DNA from: a virus | Lineage: Duplodnaviria; Caudoviricetes | Virus record (IMG/VR): IMGVR_UViG_3300019378_000009 | Span: 45,429-109,428 of that record | DNA: 64,000 nt | Reading direction: 5' to 3' (one strand) | Shown here: one piece after another, positions 47,176 through 56,163 of the stretch | How the letters are laid out: each line of letters opens with the position of its first letter | Position numbering within the stretch: the stretch's first letter is position 1 | Made by a program: the position numbers and the translations under genes | The notes under the pieces: model-generated | Told to the model about the DNA's origin: nothing | Database searches by the model: none | What the model saw: the letters and a program-made list of their open reading frames with translations, nothing else

Positions 47176-47634
47176 ATGACTACTATTCTTACCAAGCTTA
47201 AAGAAGCACTCGCCGCACTTCTCCCTCTCATCGACGAAACCCGCATCGCAATCTACGCAGAAGCCAACAAGCGCAAGCAGGCTCTTATCGCAGCTGTTGC
47301 CGACATGCAGGAGGCAAAGGATGCAATGCATGATTTCGTAGATCTTGCTGGTTCATTTGCTGACTGTGCAGAATCCAATGCAATAGATATGAATATTTCC
47401 GAAGACTATGTGAATGAAATGCTTTCCGATATAAACGTATTTCAGACGCCCATTGAACAGTTTGATGATTACTGCGAACAGTGTGGCAAAGAAATGACTC
47501 GTGATGAAGAGCAGTACATGGACGAAGACGGAAACGGTTTTATGTGTGAAGCATGCGATAAGCTACTTCATCCTGAAGCAGAAGCCGGAGACCCTGACCA
47601 GATGACCTTTGAAGAATTGGCAGAGTCCATATAA
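47176..47634 (+). CDS. Coiled-coil protein with C-terminal Zn ribbon
   Basis: CEQC...CEAC; AAGGA RBS. Confidence 0.7.
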   Translation: MTTILTKLKEALAALLPLIDETRIAIYAEANKRKQALIAAVADMQEAKDAMHDFVDLAGSFADCAESNAIDMNISEDYVNEMLSDINVFQTPIEQFDDYCEQCGKEMTRDEEQYMDEDGNGFMCEACDKLLHPEAEAGDPDQMTFEELAESI

Positions 47635-47771
47635 TAAAAACCAACCAGAAGCAGGAAATCCCTGCTTCTTTTATTTTGGCTTTGGCGTAAATTTGACAAG
47701 CGCATAAATTTGATTTTTGTCGCAATTTATGATATAATATTTATAGAAAATGGATGAAAGGAAAATAGAAA

Positions 47772-48266
47772 ATGAAACTTACACTTGTCGAAAAAATGTT
47801 GCAGGAAATTATGGGTCTTGATATTCCTATTTCTAATACTACTCGTGGAGAACAAATTCAGCAAACTTTCCGCAATAAGTTAACTGCTCAGCTCAAGGAA
47901 GCACTGTTTGAAGATTGTATGGAAGCATTTCCTGCCTCAAAAGAGAATGGAATAATTCCCTATCTTACAAAAGATGGAGTTATTTTGGAATTGCCCAATG
48001 GAAGCGTTGCGGACGGAATTACCAATGATATTGGAAGTGGAGCAATTTCTATTGAGATGAAATTTACCATCAAGGGCTTGGAATATAATGCTGCCGATGA
48101 AAGCGAAGACTATGATTTGCACTTGCTTGAAAAGCAGAAAAAAGCAGAAGAAGCCGAAAAGAAAAAGGCAGATAAGATTGCAAGAGACCGTAAAGCAAGA
48201 GAAGCAAGAGAACTCAAAAGAGCTAAAATGCTTGAAGCAGCAGGAAGATTTACAGAAGAGGACTAA
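47772..48266 (+). CDS. Hypothetical early protein, family A copy 3
   Basis: QQTFRN, LELPNGSV and GSGAISIEMKFTIKGLEYNA; charged tail. Confidence 0.85.
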   Translation: MKLTLVEKMLQEIMGLDIPISNTTRGEQIQQTFRNKLTAQLKEALFEDCMEAFPASKENGIIPYLTKDGVILELPNGSVADGITNDIGSGAISIEMKFTIKGLEYNAADESEDYDLHLLEKQKKAEEAEKKKADKIARDRKAREARELKRAKMLEAAGRFTEED

Positions 48267-48304
48267 TGTCCTCTTTTGTTTTTAAGAAAAGTTGAAAGTA
48301 AAAT

Positions 48305-48957
48305 TGACGGATTTCGTCAAATCCGTTAACTAAAAATTTTTTCGTTAACTAATTTATGTTTTCGTTAACCAACAGTTGACTTTTTAACGAAATTGCGTTA
48401 TAATATTTATAGAAACAAAATAGGAGAGAAACAATATGAACGAACCAAAAGGAGTGTTCTTTTTCTTCTCAATGCTCGATAACTTTAATATGCTAATGGA
48501 ACAAGGTCAAGCACAAGCAGCATACGAATATATAAATGCAATAAGAAATTATGCTATTGATGGAATAATTTACGAGGGAAATGATTTGTTTGTGCAGTTG
48601 TTAATGAATGGTGATATGAAAGTAATGGATAGCGTTCAAGAAAAAAGACAAATGGGTTCAAATGGCGGAAAAGGTAATTTAGATTTAGATTTAGATGAAC
48701 GAATTCAAGAAGCAATAAGAGGTTATACTTTTAAAACAAAAGCAGCCATTGTTAAGTTTGTTGAAGGAAAAAGAACAACTGTTTTAGATCACATTAAAAA
48801 AATGGGTTTTGCTGATGAAGATTGGTTAAATCCTTTTCAAGACCAAGAAGTTAGGGAGAAAGTTAATCCGTTAACGGAAAGTGACGGATTTCGTCAAAAA
48901 AATGACGAAAAGTTAACTGACGAATGTCCGACATCTTCGTTAACGAAATCGTTAACA
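48305..48957. repeat. TGACGGATTTCGTCA and CGTTAAC repeats shared by the promoter and gene body of 48436-49074
   Basis: TGACGGATTTCGTCAAA at 48305 and 48882; CGTTAAC at 48324, ~48343, 48363, 48869, 48938 and 48950. Confidence 0.75.
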
Positions 48958-49074
48958 TTTGGACAACTGACGGAAAGCGATAAAGATAAAGATAGTCGTC
49001 AGTCACTCGACACAGAAAGACGCTCTTTAACCATAGCAGAAGCAGTAGCTAAACATCGCAATAGCATTTTGTGA
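48436..49074 (+). CDS. Putative replication-initiator-like protein (DUF6291-like N-terminus plus HTH)
   Basis: FFFFSML...AIRNYAIDG...GSNGGK pattern; DNA repeats inside the 3' half. Confidence 0.45.
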   Translation: MNEPKGVFFFFSMLDNFNMLMEQGQAQAAYEYINAIRNYAIDGIIYEGNDLFVQLLMNGDMKVMDSVQEKRQMGSNGGKGNLDLDLDERIQEAIRGYTFKTKAAIVKFVEGKRTTVLDHIKKMGFADEDWLNPFQDQEVREKVNPLTESDGFRQKNDEKLTDECPTSSLTKSLTFGQLTESDKDKDSRQSLDTERRSLTIAEAVAKHRNSIL

Positions 49075-49373
49075 CGACAGAAAATTATATTTTTTAAACC
49101 ATGTTGAGCAGTAAAACGACTGCCGTACTGCTGACTGTTTGCGGCGAGATTTGACAAAAAACCAAAACTGTGTTATAATATTTATAGAAAAAAGGAAATG
49201 TTCCAAAGGCAAAGAGAGAATGATGAGGAGCATAGTCCATACAAACCGAATGGCGGACACGGAGAATGAAGCAAGTTACAAGAGTTTCTTGTTGTGTTGC
49301 GTCAATAGTTTTGCGGCAAGGAGCTTAGCCAACTTCTTGCCGTTTTTTTATAGTAAAACAAGGAGAAACATAA

Positions 49374-50072
49374 GTGGAAAAGATAGAAAGCAAATGGCTG
49401 TTCCCAGTGCGAATGGAGAACAGCAAAAGCATTGAATGGGTAGAAGATATTGTAGAGGCTTTTAGCAAGTTTAAGGCTCCGATTACGCAGGCAACTTGGG
49501 AACATTGTTTGCGGCGAGGGGTAGTAGGTGCAGGCACCCCCGAACACAACAAGTTGCTTAGGGAGTGGTGGAACACTGGTTGGCAGGAAATGCCTATCTT
49601 GCCCGCAAAGTGGGGAGGAACACCAGTAATGAAGATTACCCAACAAGTACTGGGACAAACTCTGGAATTGATATATCCAACAATAGAAAAGACTTGTGAG
49701 GCATTAGGGTGCGGCTTCCGTGCATTTAGAGATATTGCGCAAGGAATACACCCCAACCGCTACTTTGACGGAGAAGTGCGCCCTCTTAGACAGATTGCGG
49801 CAAAAGAGCTTCCCTATCCGCCTTGGACACTTTTCGCCGCAGACGATACTATCATAGGATATTTCCAAACCAAACAAGAAATGGCGGATTATTTGGGTAT
49901 TCACCATAAAATAATTGATGTGGCGCATAATAACAATTGGAACAAATTGGCAAGCGGCAAATGGTTTTGGTGCGAGAGGTGGGGATTTATGCCAATTAGC
50001 CCAGATGATGAACCTTTGGGTAGTAATTGGCGTGAAAAATATAGTCCAGATTACTCTCCTGGGGAGATTTGA
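49374..50072 (+). CDS. Hypothetical protein with NUMOD1/HTH-like DNA-binding segments
   Basis: IYPTIEKTCEALG and YFQTKQEMADYLGI; GTG start after AGGAG. Confidence 0.5.
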   Translation: MEKIESKWLFPVRMENSKSIEWVEDIVEAFSKFKAPITQATWEHCLRRGVVGAGTPEHNKLLREWWNTGWQEMPILPAKWGGTPVMKITQQVLGQTLELIYPTIEKTCEALGCGFRAFRDIAQGIHPNRYFDGEVRPLRQIAAKELPYPPWTLFAADDTIIGYFQTKQEMADYLGIHHKIIDVAHNNNWNKLASGKWFWCERWGFMPISPDDEPLGSNWREKYSPDYSPGEI

Positions 50073-50223
50073 CTTTTAGTCCAAAATAGGATATAATATA
50101 TATAGAAGTTAGAAAGCAATACTATATATTGTTTCTCTTGCTTAATAGTAGTGCGCGCTACTTTATATATAATAAACGAGAATGGGAATACCTGTTCTCG
50201 TTTTTTGTTTTTGGAGGTAAAAT

Positions 50224-50676
50224 ATGGATAGTAATTATTTTATGGGTGCACCCAATACCTATCGCGGATATGCTCCATCCTACTTATCTGCGATGAACGG
50301 TATGCCCTCAAACAGTAACCCAATGGGAGCAAATAACACTAACATAGTATGGGCTATGGGCATGGAAAGTGCCAAAGCATATCCCGTACTACCCGGCAAG
50401 ACAGTATTGTTAATGGATAGCGAAGGTCCTCATTTCTTCATCAAAACAGTGGACAACAACGGTTATGCCACTATGAAGAGCTATTCTTTCCAAGAAGACA
50501 TTCCCGTCGTGCCAAATCAGTCTGCGGCAAATTATGTTACTAAAGAACAGTTGGATGAAGTTGTTGCTAAGCTAATGACACATATTAAAACAGTATCAAC
50601 AGCAGAAGAAACAACCAAAACAACTATGGCGGAAACAAAGGCTGCGGAAGAACCCAAAGTAAAAAATCTATTGTGA
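50224..50676 (+). CDS. Five-gene cassette, gene 1 (hypothetical)
   Basis: Asn/Met-rich N-terminus, then IVW..G.ESAKAYPV.PG.TVLLMDSE...FFIKTVD..G and YVTKEQ; GGAGG RBS. Confidence 0.85.
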   Translation: MDSNYFMGAPNTYRGYAPSYLSAMNGMPSNSNPMGANNTNIVWAMGMESAKAYPVLPGKTVLLMDSEGPHFFIKTVDNNGYATMKSYSFQEDIPVVPNQSAANYVTKEQLDEVVAKLMTHIKTVSTAEETTKTTMAETKAAEEPKVKNLL

Positions 50677-50686
50677 GGAAAAAAGA

Positions 50687-51187
50687 ATGTATAATAACAA
50701 TGCAAACAATGTAAACCCTCTCTATACTCTTCTTGGCTTAACCGGTGGTGGACAAGGTCAAGGTCAAGGTGGCAGCCAACAAGGTGGTCAGCAAGGAGGA
50801 CAACAGGGAGGACAGCAACAAGGTGGTGGACAACAGGGTGGCGACCCTATGGAAACCCTTATGCAATTAATTGCGGCAATGGCTAGTGGTCAAAATGCTA
50901 TGAATGCATTAACAAGCATCATTCCCGCACTTGGTCAAAGAGTTCAAAATCACTCTCCCCAAGAACTCGAAAAATTTACTCGTAACGAGTACAATCGTCA
51001 AGGTATTGATATAAATGCGGCAATGAAACAATTGCAGGAAATGATGAATGCCGGTGGCTATAATGTAAACAATGGCGGCTACAATGGCGGATATAATACC
51101 AATAACGGTGGATATAACGCAGGAAATGGCGGCGGCTATAACGCAAACAATAATCAAAATAACACAAATACTAATAACAACTTTTAA
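50687..51187 (+). CDS. Five-gene cassette, gene 2 (Gly/Gln/Asn-rich low-complexity protein)
   Basis: QGG repeats and NGGYN repeats flanking a helical core. Confidence 0.8.
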   Translation: MYNNNANNVNPLYTLLGLTGGGQGQGQGGSQQGGQQGGQQGGQQQGGGQQGGDPMETLMQLIAAMASGQNAMNALTSIIPALGQRVQNHSPQELEKFTRNEYNRQGIDINAAMKQLQEMMNAGGYNVNNGGYNGGYNTNNGGYNAGNGGGYNANNNQNNTNTNNNF

Positions 51188-51260
51188 GAGAGAATGAGCT
51201 AAGTCGACGGCTTATTCTCTTTTTATTTTTTAAAAATTATGTTTAAGGAGGTAATTAAAC

Positions 51261-53050
51261 ATGGAAACAGCAATGCTTAGTCCCGCTGATGCTATGCTTT
51301 TGGGACAAAATAATGGATTTGGAAACAACGGTGCTTGGATTTGGGTGCTCTTGTTAGCGTTCCTTTGGGGCGGTAACGGCTACGGATTCGGTAACAACCG
51401 TGGAGGAAATGGTATGTATAGTGACTTTATAGACGGTAGCGCGACAAGAGCAGCCGTAAATAGCGGATTCCAATACAATCAGCTTGATAATGGTATTCGT
51501 GGTATCCAGAACGGATTGTGTGATGGTTTCTATGCAGTCAATAGCAGCTTAAAAGACGGCTTCTATGGAACGCAGGGCGCTATTAAAGATTGCTGCTGCA
51601 ACTTGAGAAGCGAACTTGCAGACTGCTGCTTAAATTGTGTGGCAGCCTAAACAAGCAATTGTTTAGTTAAAAATTCGGTGAATTGCTGGGAAGCTAAAAG
51701 ATAGACAAAATTTGACTTCTTGTCGATATTAGAGTATAATATAGATAGAAAAACATATGGAGGTCAATTTTATGTTTTATGTGTATGAATGGTATAATAT
51801 AGATACTAAAGAAATTTTTTATGTTGGCAAAGGCTGCAATCGTCGTTATAAAATTGTAGCAGGAAGAAATGAAGATTTTTTAAACTATCACGCCAATCAC
51901 AATGTAGATGTAAGGATAGTTAAAGAATTTGAAAAAGAAGAAGATGCTTTTAAATACGAAGAAGAATTAATACAACTATATTGGAAACAAGGACAACCTC
52001 TGTGCAATCGTAAAGAGGGTGGAAATGGCGGCGTTGCTGGAATTTGGACAGACGAAATGCGAGAAAAAATGTCCAAAGAAAACCCAATGAAAGCAGAAGA
52101 ACAAAGGTTAAGAATGTCTATTCACAATCCTATGAAAGAACCTGAGGTGGCTCGAAAAGTAGGAATTGCGAATTCAGAACCAGTCATATTAAACGGTGTT
52201 TATTATGAAAGTACGGGTGAAGCAGCACGAAGCTTAAATAAACATATAAAAACCATAAGAACTTGGTGCAAAAGAGGTTATGACACTGATGGTAATCCTT
52301 GTCGTTATGCAAATAAAGAACAAGCATCCTATACTTTCAAGCGCACTTGTTCTAAACCAGTTTTAGTAGATGGTCAATGGTTTCCATCTGTTAAAGCTGC
52401 GGCGAATTTTATAGGAGTTAATGATAGTTCTCCATTAGTAAAAGCATTAAAAGCCAACAAAACATACTACGGACACATAGTATCTTATGCTAATCAGCAG
52501 CCAAGCGAGGAGAATTCCTAAATAGTATCCTCGAAGGTTCAACGACTAATGGGTGAGGAAGGATACCAATAATCCCAACACGAGTGCCGAACTCCAAATG
52601 ATATTTGGATGAAGATATAGTCTGAACTATATGGAAACATATAGAAGTATGAGATAAAGAACTCATACGATAACACTGGTTCGTGGCACAACGAATCGCA
52701 ATATTGATGCGCTTAGATACGATATGAGCAAGGGCTTCTGCGACGTGGTTACAGCTAACAACTTAAACACTCGCGACATCCTTGAGTCTCAGAATGCTAA
52801 CACTCAACGCATACTTGACTACATCAACTGCAACGAGAAACAGGCATTGAGAGATCGCATCCAGACTTTGGAAACCAGCGGTATTATACAAGCTCAGACA
52901 AAGAACCTTGTAGATACTCTTAGACCTTGCCCAATCCCTGCATATATCACATGCAGTCCTTTCCAATCATACACAGTTAATCCTTATGGTGGCGGTGTAG
53001 GATATGGATACGGTGCAGGCTATGGTTACGGATGCGGCTGCGGCATCTAA
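51261..53050 (+). CDS. Five-gene cassette, gene 3, spliced: join(51261..51630,52686..53050), 244-aa Gly/Asn/Cys-rich protein
   Basis: Removing the intron restores frame and gives ...ELADCCCTTNRNIDALRYD...; hydrophobic WIWVLLLAFLWGG segment, two CCC motifs, LRPCPIPAY and YGCGCG end. Confidence 0.88.
51631..52685 (+). mobile_element. Group I self-splicing intron
   Basis: P (AATTGCTGGGAA), Q (AATCAGCAG), R (GTTCAACGACTA), S (AAGATATAGTCT); P1 GCTGCT/GGCAGC with U.G at the 5' splice site; P10 TTGTGT/GCACAA; terminal G at 52685. Confidence 0.93.
51772..52521 (+). CDS. Intron-encoded GIY-YIG homing endonuclease
   Basis: YVY...FYVGKG..RR, EEELI, N...GG catalytic domain; NUMOD-like repeats; own promoter (TTGACT-17-TATAAT at 51712-51740). 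Confidence 0.88.
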   Translation: MFYVYEWYNIDTKEIFYVGKGCNRRYKIVAGRNEDFLNYHANHNVDVRIVKEFEKEEDAFKYEEELIQLYWKQGQPLCNRKEGGNGGVAGIWTDEMREKMSKENPMKAEEQRLRMSIHNPMKEPEVARKVGIANSEPVILNGVYYESTGEAARSLNKHIKTIRTWCKRGYDTDGNPCRYANKEQASYTFKRTCSKPVLVDGQWFPSVKAAANFIGVNDSSPLVKALKANKTYYGHIVSYANQQPSEENS

Positions 53051-53108
53051 TAATTAAATAAATGTCAGAGGGAGTGCTTGTTACTCCCTCTTTGATTTGG
53101 AGGTTAAA

Positions 53109-53456
53109 ATGGCGAAATGTAGAATTTTACGAGCTTCTTTAGCAGTAGATGGAGCAAACATAACTTTAACGCTTCCTAATACAGAAGAAGCTCTAACAAA
53201 TAGAGATGTTTTAAGGTTTTATATTACAGCAAATATTCCGGAAGATAATCCTCTAGGAACGGTGTCTGTAATTGTGAATGGCACAACCTTTCCTTTAACA
53301 ACTATTCTGGGCAATTCGGTGCGTACAGAACAGCTAAGAAGCAGATTTGTATATACAATACAGTTGGGAGCAGAAACACCTAACTTTGTAATGAAAACTT
53401 GCTTACCTGAAACTTCTTTTGTTTATCCTGCATATGCAGCACCTGCGGTGGTATAA
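53109..53456 (+). CDS. Five-gene cassette, gene 4 (small beta-rich protein)
   Basis: GGAGG RBS; alternating hydrophobic beta pattern. Confidence 0.75.
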   Translation: MAKCRILRASLAVDGANITLTLPNTEEALTNRDVLRFYITANIPEDNPLGTVSVIVNGTTFPLTTILGNSVRTEQLRSRFVYTIQLGAETPNFVMKTCLPETSFVYPAYAAPAVV

Positions 53457-53457
53457 G

Positions 53458-53904
53458 ATGCATAAGGCTAACATAGATCATATAATTAAACAAGGCACCT
53501 TTCAACAAATGGAAGAGATGCGGGAAGTTTTGGTTGAGGCAATTAGCAAACTAAAAGAATTTTCTCCAACTTCATATAGTGAAGTGGAGTTTGATTTACA
53601 TAAGATAGCTCACAACGGCAAGCTGGGAGAAGACTTGGCAAAGAAGTGGGTGTCTTGCATGCAGAACAAAGACGGTACTACTGGAGAACATTGGACGTGG
53701 GATCAAGTTCTACAAGTACAAAAAGATAAAAAGATTGGTACGGACCCCGGAGAGGTTTATGCAGTATTGAATATGATGTATAGCGATTATTACAATCCGA
53801 AGTTCGATACCAATGTATATGTGGAAATGACAAAAGACTGGATTAATGATCCAGATGTACAAGATTATAAAACCTTGAAATATTACTACTATGTAGTACA
53901 TTAA
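53458..53904 (+). CDS. Five-gene cassette, gene 5 (helical protein)
   Basis: WV..MQNKDGTTGEHWT, LNMMYSDY, WINDPD and K..KYY motifs. Confidence 0.8.
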   Translation: MHKANIDHIIKQGTFQQMEEMREVLVEAISKLKEFSPTSYSEVEFDLHKIAHNGKLGEDLAKKWVSCMQNKDGTTGEHWTWDQVLQVQKDKKIGTDPGEVYAVLNMMYSDYYNPKFDTNVYVEMTKDWINDPDVQDYKTLKYYYYVVH

Positions 53905-53908
53905 CACT

Positions 53909-53936
53909 AGCAGCGGGACTTGTTCTCGCTGCTTTA
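53909..53936 (+). terminator. Terminator closing the five-gene cassette
   Basis: AGCAGCGGGA-loop-TCTCGCTGCT-TT. Confidence 0.7.
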
Positions 53937-54016
53937 CTGTTTGCGGCAAAGCGTAAATTTGCTTTTTGGCAAAAAATATGATATAATTATTATAGAAAAA
54001 GAAAAGGAGAAAAGTT

Positions 54017-54367
54017 ATGGGATATTACACCTATTATACACTGCATACCAATATGAGTGAGGATAAGGAAAGAGAAATTGCGCTTTGGATGGTAGATAAT
54101 CTTGATTATTTTGATTGTACCGAGAGAAGTTATGTAGAGCGTAGTCTTTATCCTCTTGAAGATATTACTGGTGACTCTATGAAATGGTACAATCATCAAG
54201 ACGATATGAAAAAAGTAGCACATGCGTTTCCTGATGTCAAGTTTGAGCTTTACGGCGAGGGTGAAGATAGAGAAGATACTTGGGTTGAGTATTATTGGAA
54301 CGATAAATTTGAGAGAGCAACTGCACGCATTGTCTGGGATGAACCGCCTTATTGGATGCATGAATAA
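54017..54367 (+). CDS. Hypothetical phage protein
   Basis: MGYYT, KWY and FELYGEGE motifs; promoter and RBS. Confidence 0.8.
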   Translation: MGYYTYYTLHTNMSEDKEREIALWMVDNLDYFDCTERSYVERSLYPLEDITGDSMKWYNHQDDMKKVAHAFPDVKFELYGEGEDREDTWVEYYWNDKFERATARIVWDEPPYWMHE

Positions 54368-54384
54368 ATAAAAGGAGAAAATTA

Positions 54385-54699
54385 ATGTTCGGTAAAGAGA
54401 GACGCTTAAAAAAGAAAATGATGTTTTTACTTCAGATGGATTGCAATGAGCATCCGTGGGATATTCCTGAAGATACTTTGTGGCTAAATTTTAATGAAGC
54501 ATTGAGAGCGGCACTGGATGCCGTACACCCACTTAGCAAAGATATCGATTGGAATGAATTTGATATAGAGCCTGGCATATCTGCGTTTTTGCCAGAATGT
54601 TTTGAAATTTTACCTATTTCAATTAGTACACCTCAACGCATCACTTGGCTTGGTAGAGAAGTAAAGGAGAGAAAACATGAGCCAAAGAAAATTTGTTGA
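54385..54699 (+). CDS. Hypothetical protein
   Basis: AAGGAG RBS. Confidence 0.7.
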   Translation: MFGKERRLKKKMMFLLQMDCNEHPWDIPEDTLWLNFNEALRAALDAVHPLSKDIDWNEFDIEPGISAFLPECFEILPISISTPQRITWLGREVKERKHEPKKIC

Positions 54700-54838
54700 T
54701 ATTGATGAAGTTTATACAAAACTAACGGGAACATTCATTACCGCAGATAATGAGTTACTTATTCCTCTTAAAGCACTACAGATTGCAGTGGAAGGCGCTA
54801 CTACGCTTGTCGTACCGGAAGCAGACGCAAAAAATTGA
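54677..54838 (+). CDS. Small hypothetical protein (53 aa, not in ORF track)
   Basis: AAGGAG RBS; open frame to TGA. Confidence 0.6.
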   Translation: MSQRKFVDIDEVYTKLTGTFITADNELLIPLKALQIAVEGATTLVVPEADAKN

Positions 54839-54893
54839 CTTTTACACAAAAATGTGATATAATATTTTTGTAAGAAAATTAAAGGAGAATTTT

Positions 54894-55127
54894 ATGAACG
54901 AACAGCAGAATGTTTATGTCTGTCCTGTATGTGGCAGACAAGGTAAAGTGTGTGGTATTATGCCATTGATTGAAAATATACGCTATGACTCAGTACAATG
55001 CGAGTGTGGGGTTCAGTGGAGAGTATATTACAAGTTTGAGAACCCGAAAGCAGAAGTGATGTATGCGCCGGCAGATAAGGATGTAGACGAACCTAAGCCA
55101 GAAGAAGAACAGACACAGGGAGAGTAA
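54894..55127 (+). CDS. Small Zn-ribbon protein
   Basis: CPVC...CEC; promoter and RBS. Confidence 0.7.
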   Translation: MNEQQNVYVCPVCGRQGKVCGIMPLIENIRYDSVQCECGVQWRVYYKFENPKAEVMYAPADKDVDEPKPEEEQTQGE

Positions 55128-55138
55128 TCTCCCTTTAT

Positions 55139-55215
55139 GCTCCCGTAGTCCAACCGGAAGAGACAGGGGACTTAAAATCCCTCCAGTGTGGGTTCGAATC
55201 CCATTGGGAGCACCA
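55139..55215 (+). tRNA. tRNA-Leu(TAA) with short variable loop
   Basis: Acceptor GCTCCCG/TGGGAGC, anticodon arm GGGGA-CTTAAAA-TCCCT, T arm GTGGG-TTCGAAT-CCCAT, encoded ACCA. Confidence 0.9.
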
Positions 55216-55339
55216 GTGAGAGTTTATTTCTTTTTTCTTTCTTTTGAAGAGCGAAGTAAAATTCGCTCTTTTTTATTTTTGAATTTTTGCGCAATTTGTG
55301 ATATAATATATATGTAAGAAAGAAAGAAAGGAAATAATT

Positions 55340-55495
55340 ATGACCAATCTTGAAAATGATGTTCGCAAATATCTTGGGCTTGCTCCATACAACACTATGT
55401 CTAATATCTGTTATGCCGATGGATACTTCCTTATGTCGTTATACAACAAATACGGCAAATTGGCAGTGATGAACAAGATAAAAGAGTTGAAATAA
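55340..55495 (+). CDS. Small hypothetical protein (51 aa, not in ORF track)
   Basis: Promoter, AAAGGA RBS. Confidence 0.65.
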   Translation: MTNLENDVRKYLGLAPYNTMSNICYADGYFLMSLYNKYGKLAVMNKIKELK

Positions 55496-55514
55496 GAAAG
55501 AAAGGAAAACAATT

Positions 55515-55946
55515 ATGAACTTGACGAAACATGAACAGTTGGACCTCATACGCAGAATAGAGAATATGGTGAGCAATATTGGCGATTATCTCTATGAAGA
55601 GAAGGATGCCCACGTGAACAGACAGATTGACTGTATTGAGAACGCATTGAGTGTGTTGAAGCAGTCTTTCTATGATGAAAACACCTACATCAAACTTCGC
55701 GACCGTAACACCGGTGAGATTGAGTATCGCTACTTTGAGCAGGGTGACATCGGTGCTCTCTGCTACAAGGCTTCGCAGTTCTATGCGTGGTCTGATTGCG
55801 ACGATACCTATGAGATTGTCGAAATTATGTGCGACGGTAGAAAGTTGGAATTTGTTGGTTGGCAAGAGGGCATGCTGTTTGAGTACAGGGATGTTGAGTC
55901 GGGTGAGATAGTTGCCTCGGCTGAACATTGGGAATGGGACCACTAA
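55515..55946 (+). CDS. Acidic hypothetical protein
   Basis: RBS; operon context. Confidence 0.75.
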   Translation: MNLTKHEQLDLIRRIENMVSNIGDYLYEEKDAHVNRQIDCIENALSVLKQSFYDENTYIKLRDRNTGEIEYRYFEQGDIGALCYKASQFYAWSDCDDTYEIVEIMCDGRKLEFVGWQEGMLFEYRDVESGEIVASAEHWEWDH

Positions 55947-55959
55947 TAAGGAGGAATAT

Positions 55960-56163
55960 ATGGGAACATTTGAAGTAGATGTCAACGCTATGGTAACCGT
56001 TCATGAGAGTGAACATTTTACCATCTGTGCTGATAGCGTTGAGGAAGCCGAAGAAAAAGCAAAGAAACTATTTGAAATGCGTATGTGGGAGAAGCACGGT
56101 TATGCAGACTACGATGAAGTAGAGGTCATGCACTACCCCGAGAATTGGAGGAACGGAATATGA
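55960..56163 (+). CDS. Small acidic protein
   Basis: AGGAGG RBS; ADSVEEAEEKA motif. Confidence 0.75.
   Translation: MGTFEVDVNAMVTVHESEHFTICADSVEEAEEKAKKLFEMRMWEKHGYADYDEVEVMHYPENWRNGI

Noticed and set aside
51261-51650. Treating 51261-51650 and 52724-53050 as separate genes or a pseudogene
   Set aside because: Group I intron signatures and frame restoration show they are two exons of one gene.
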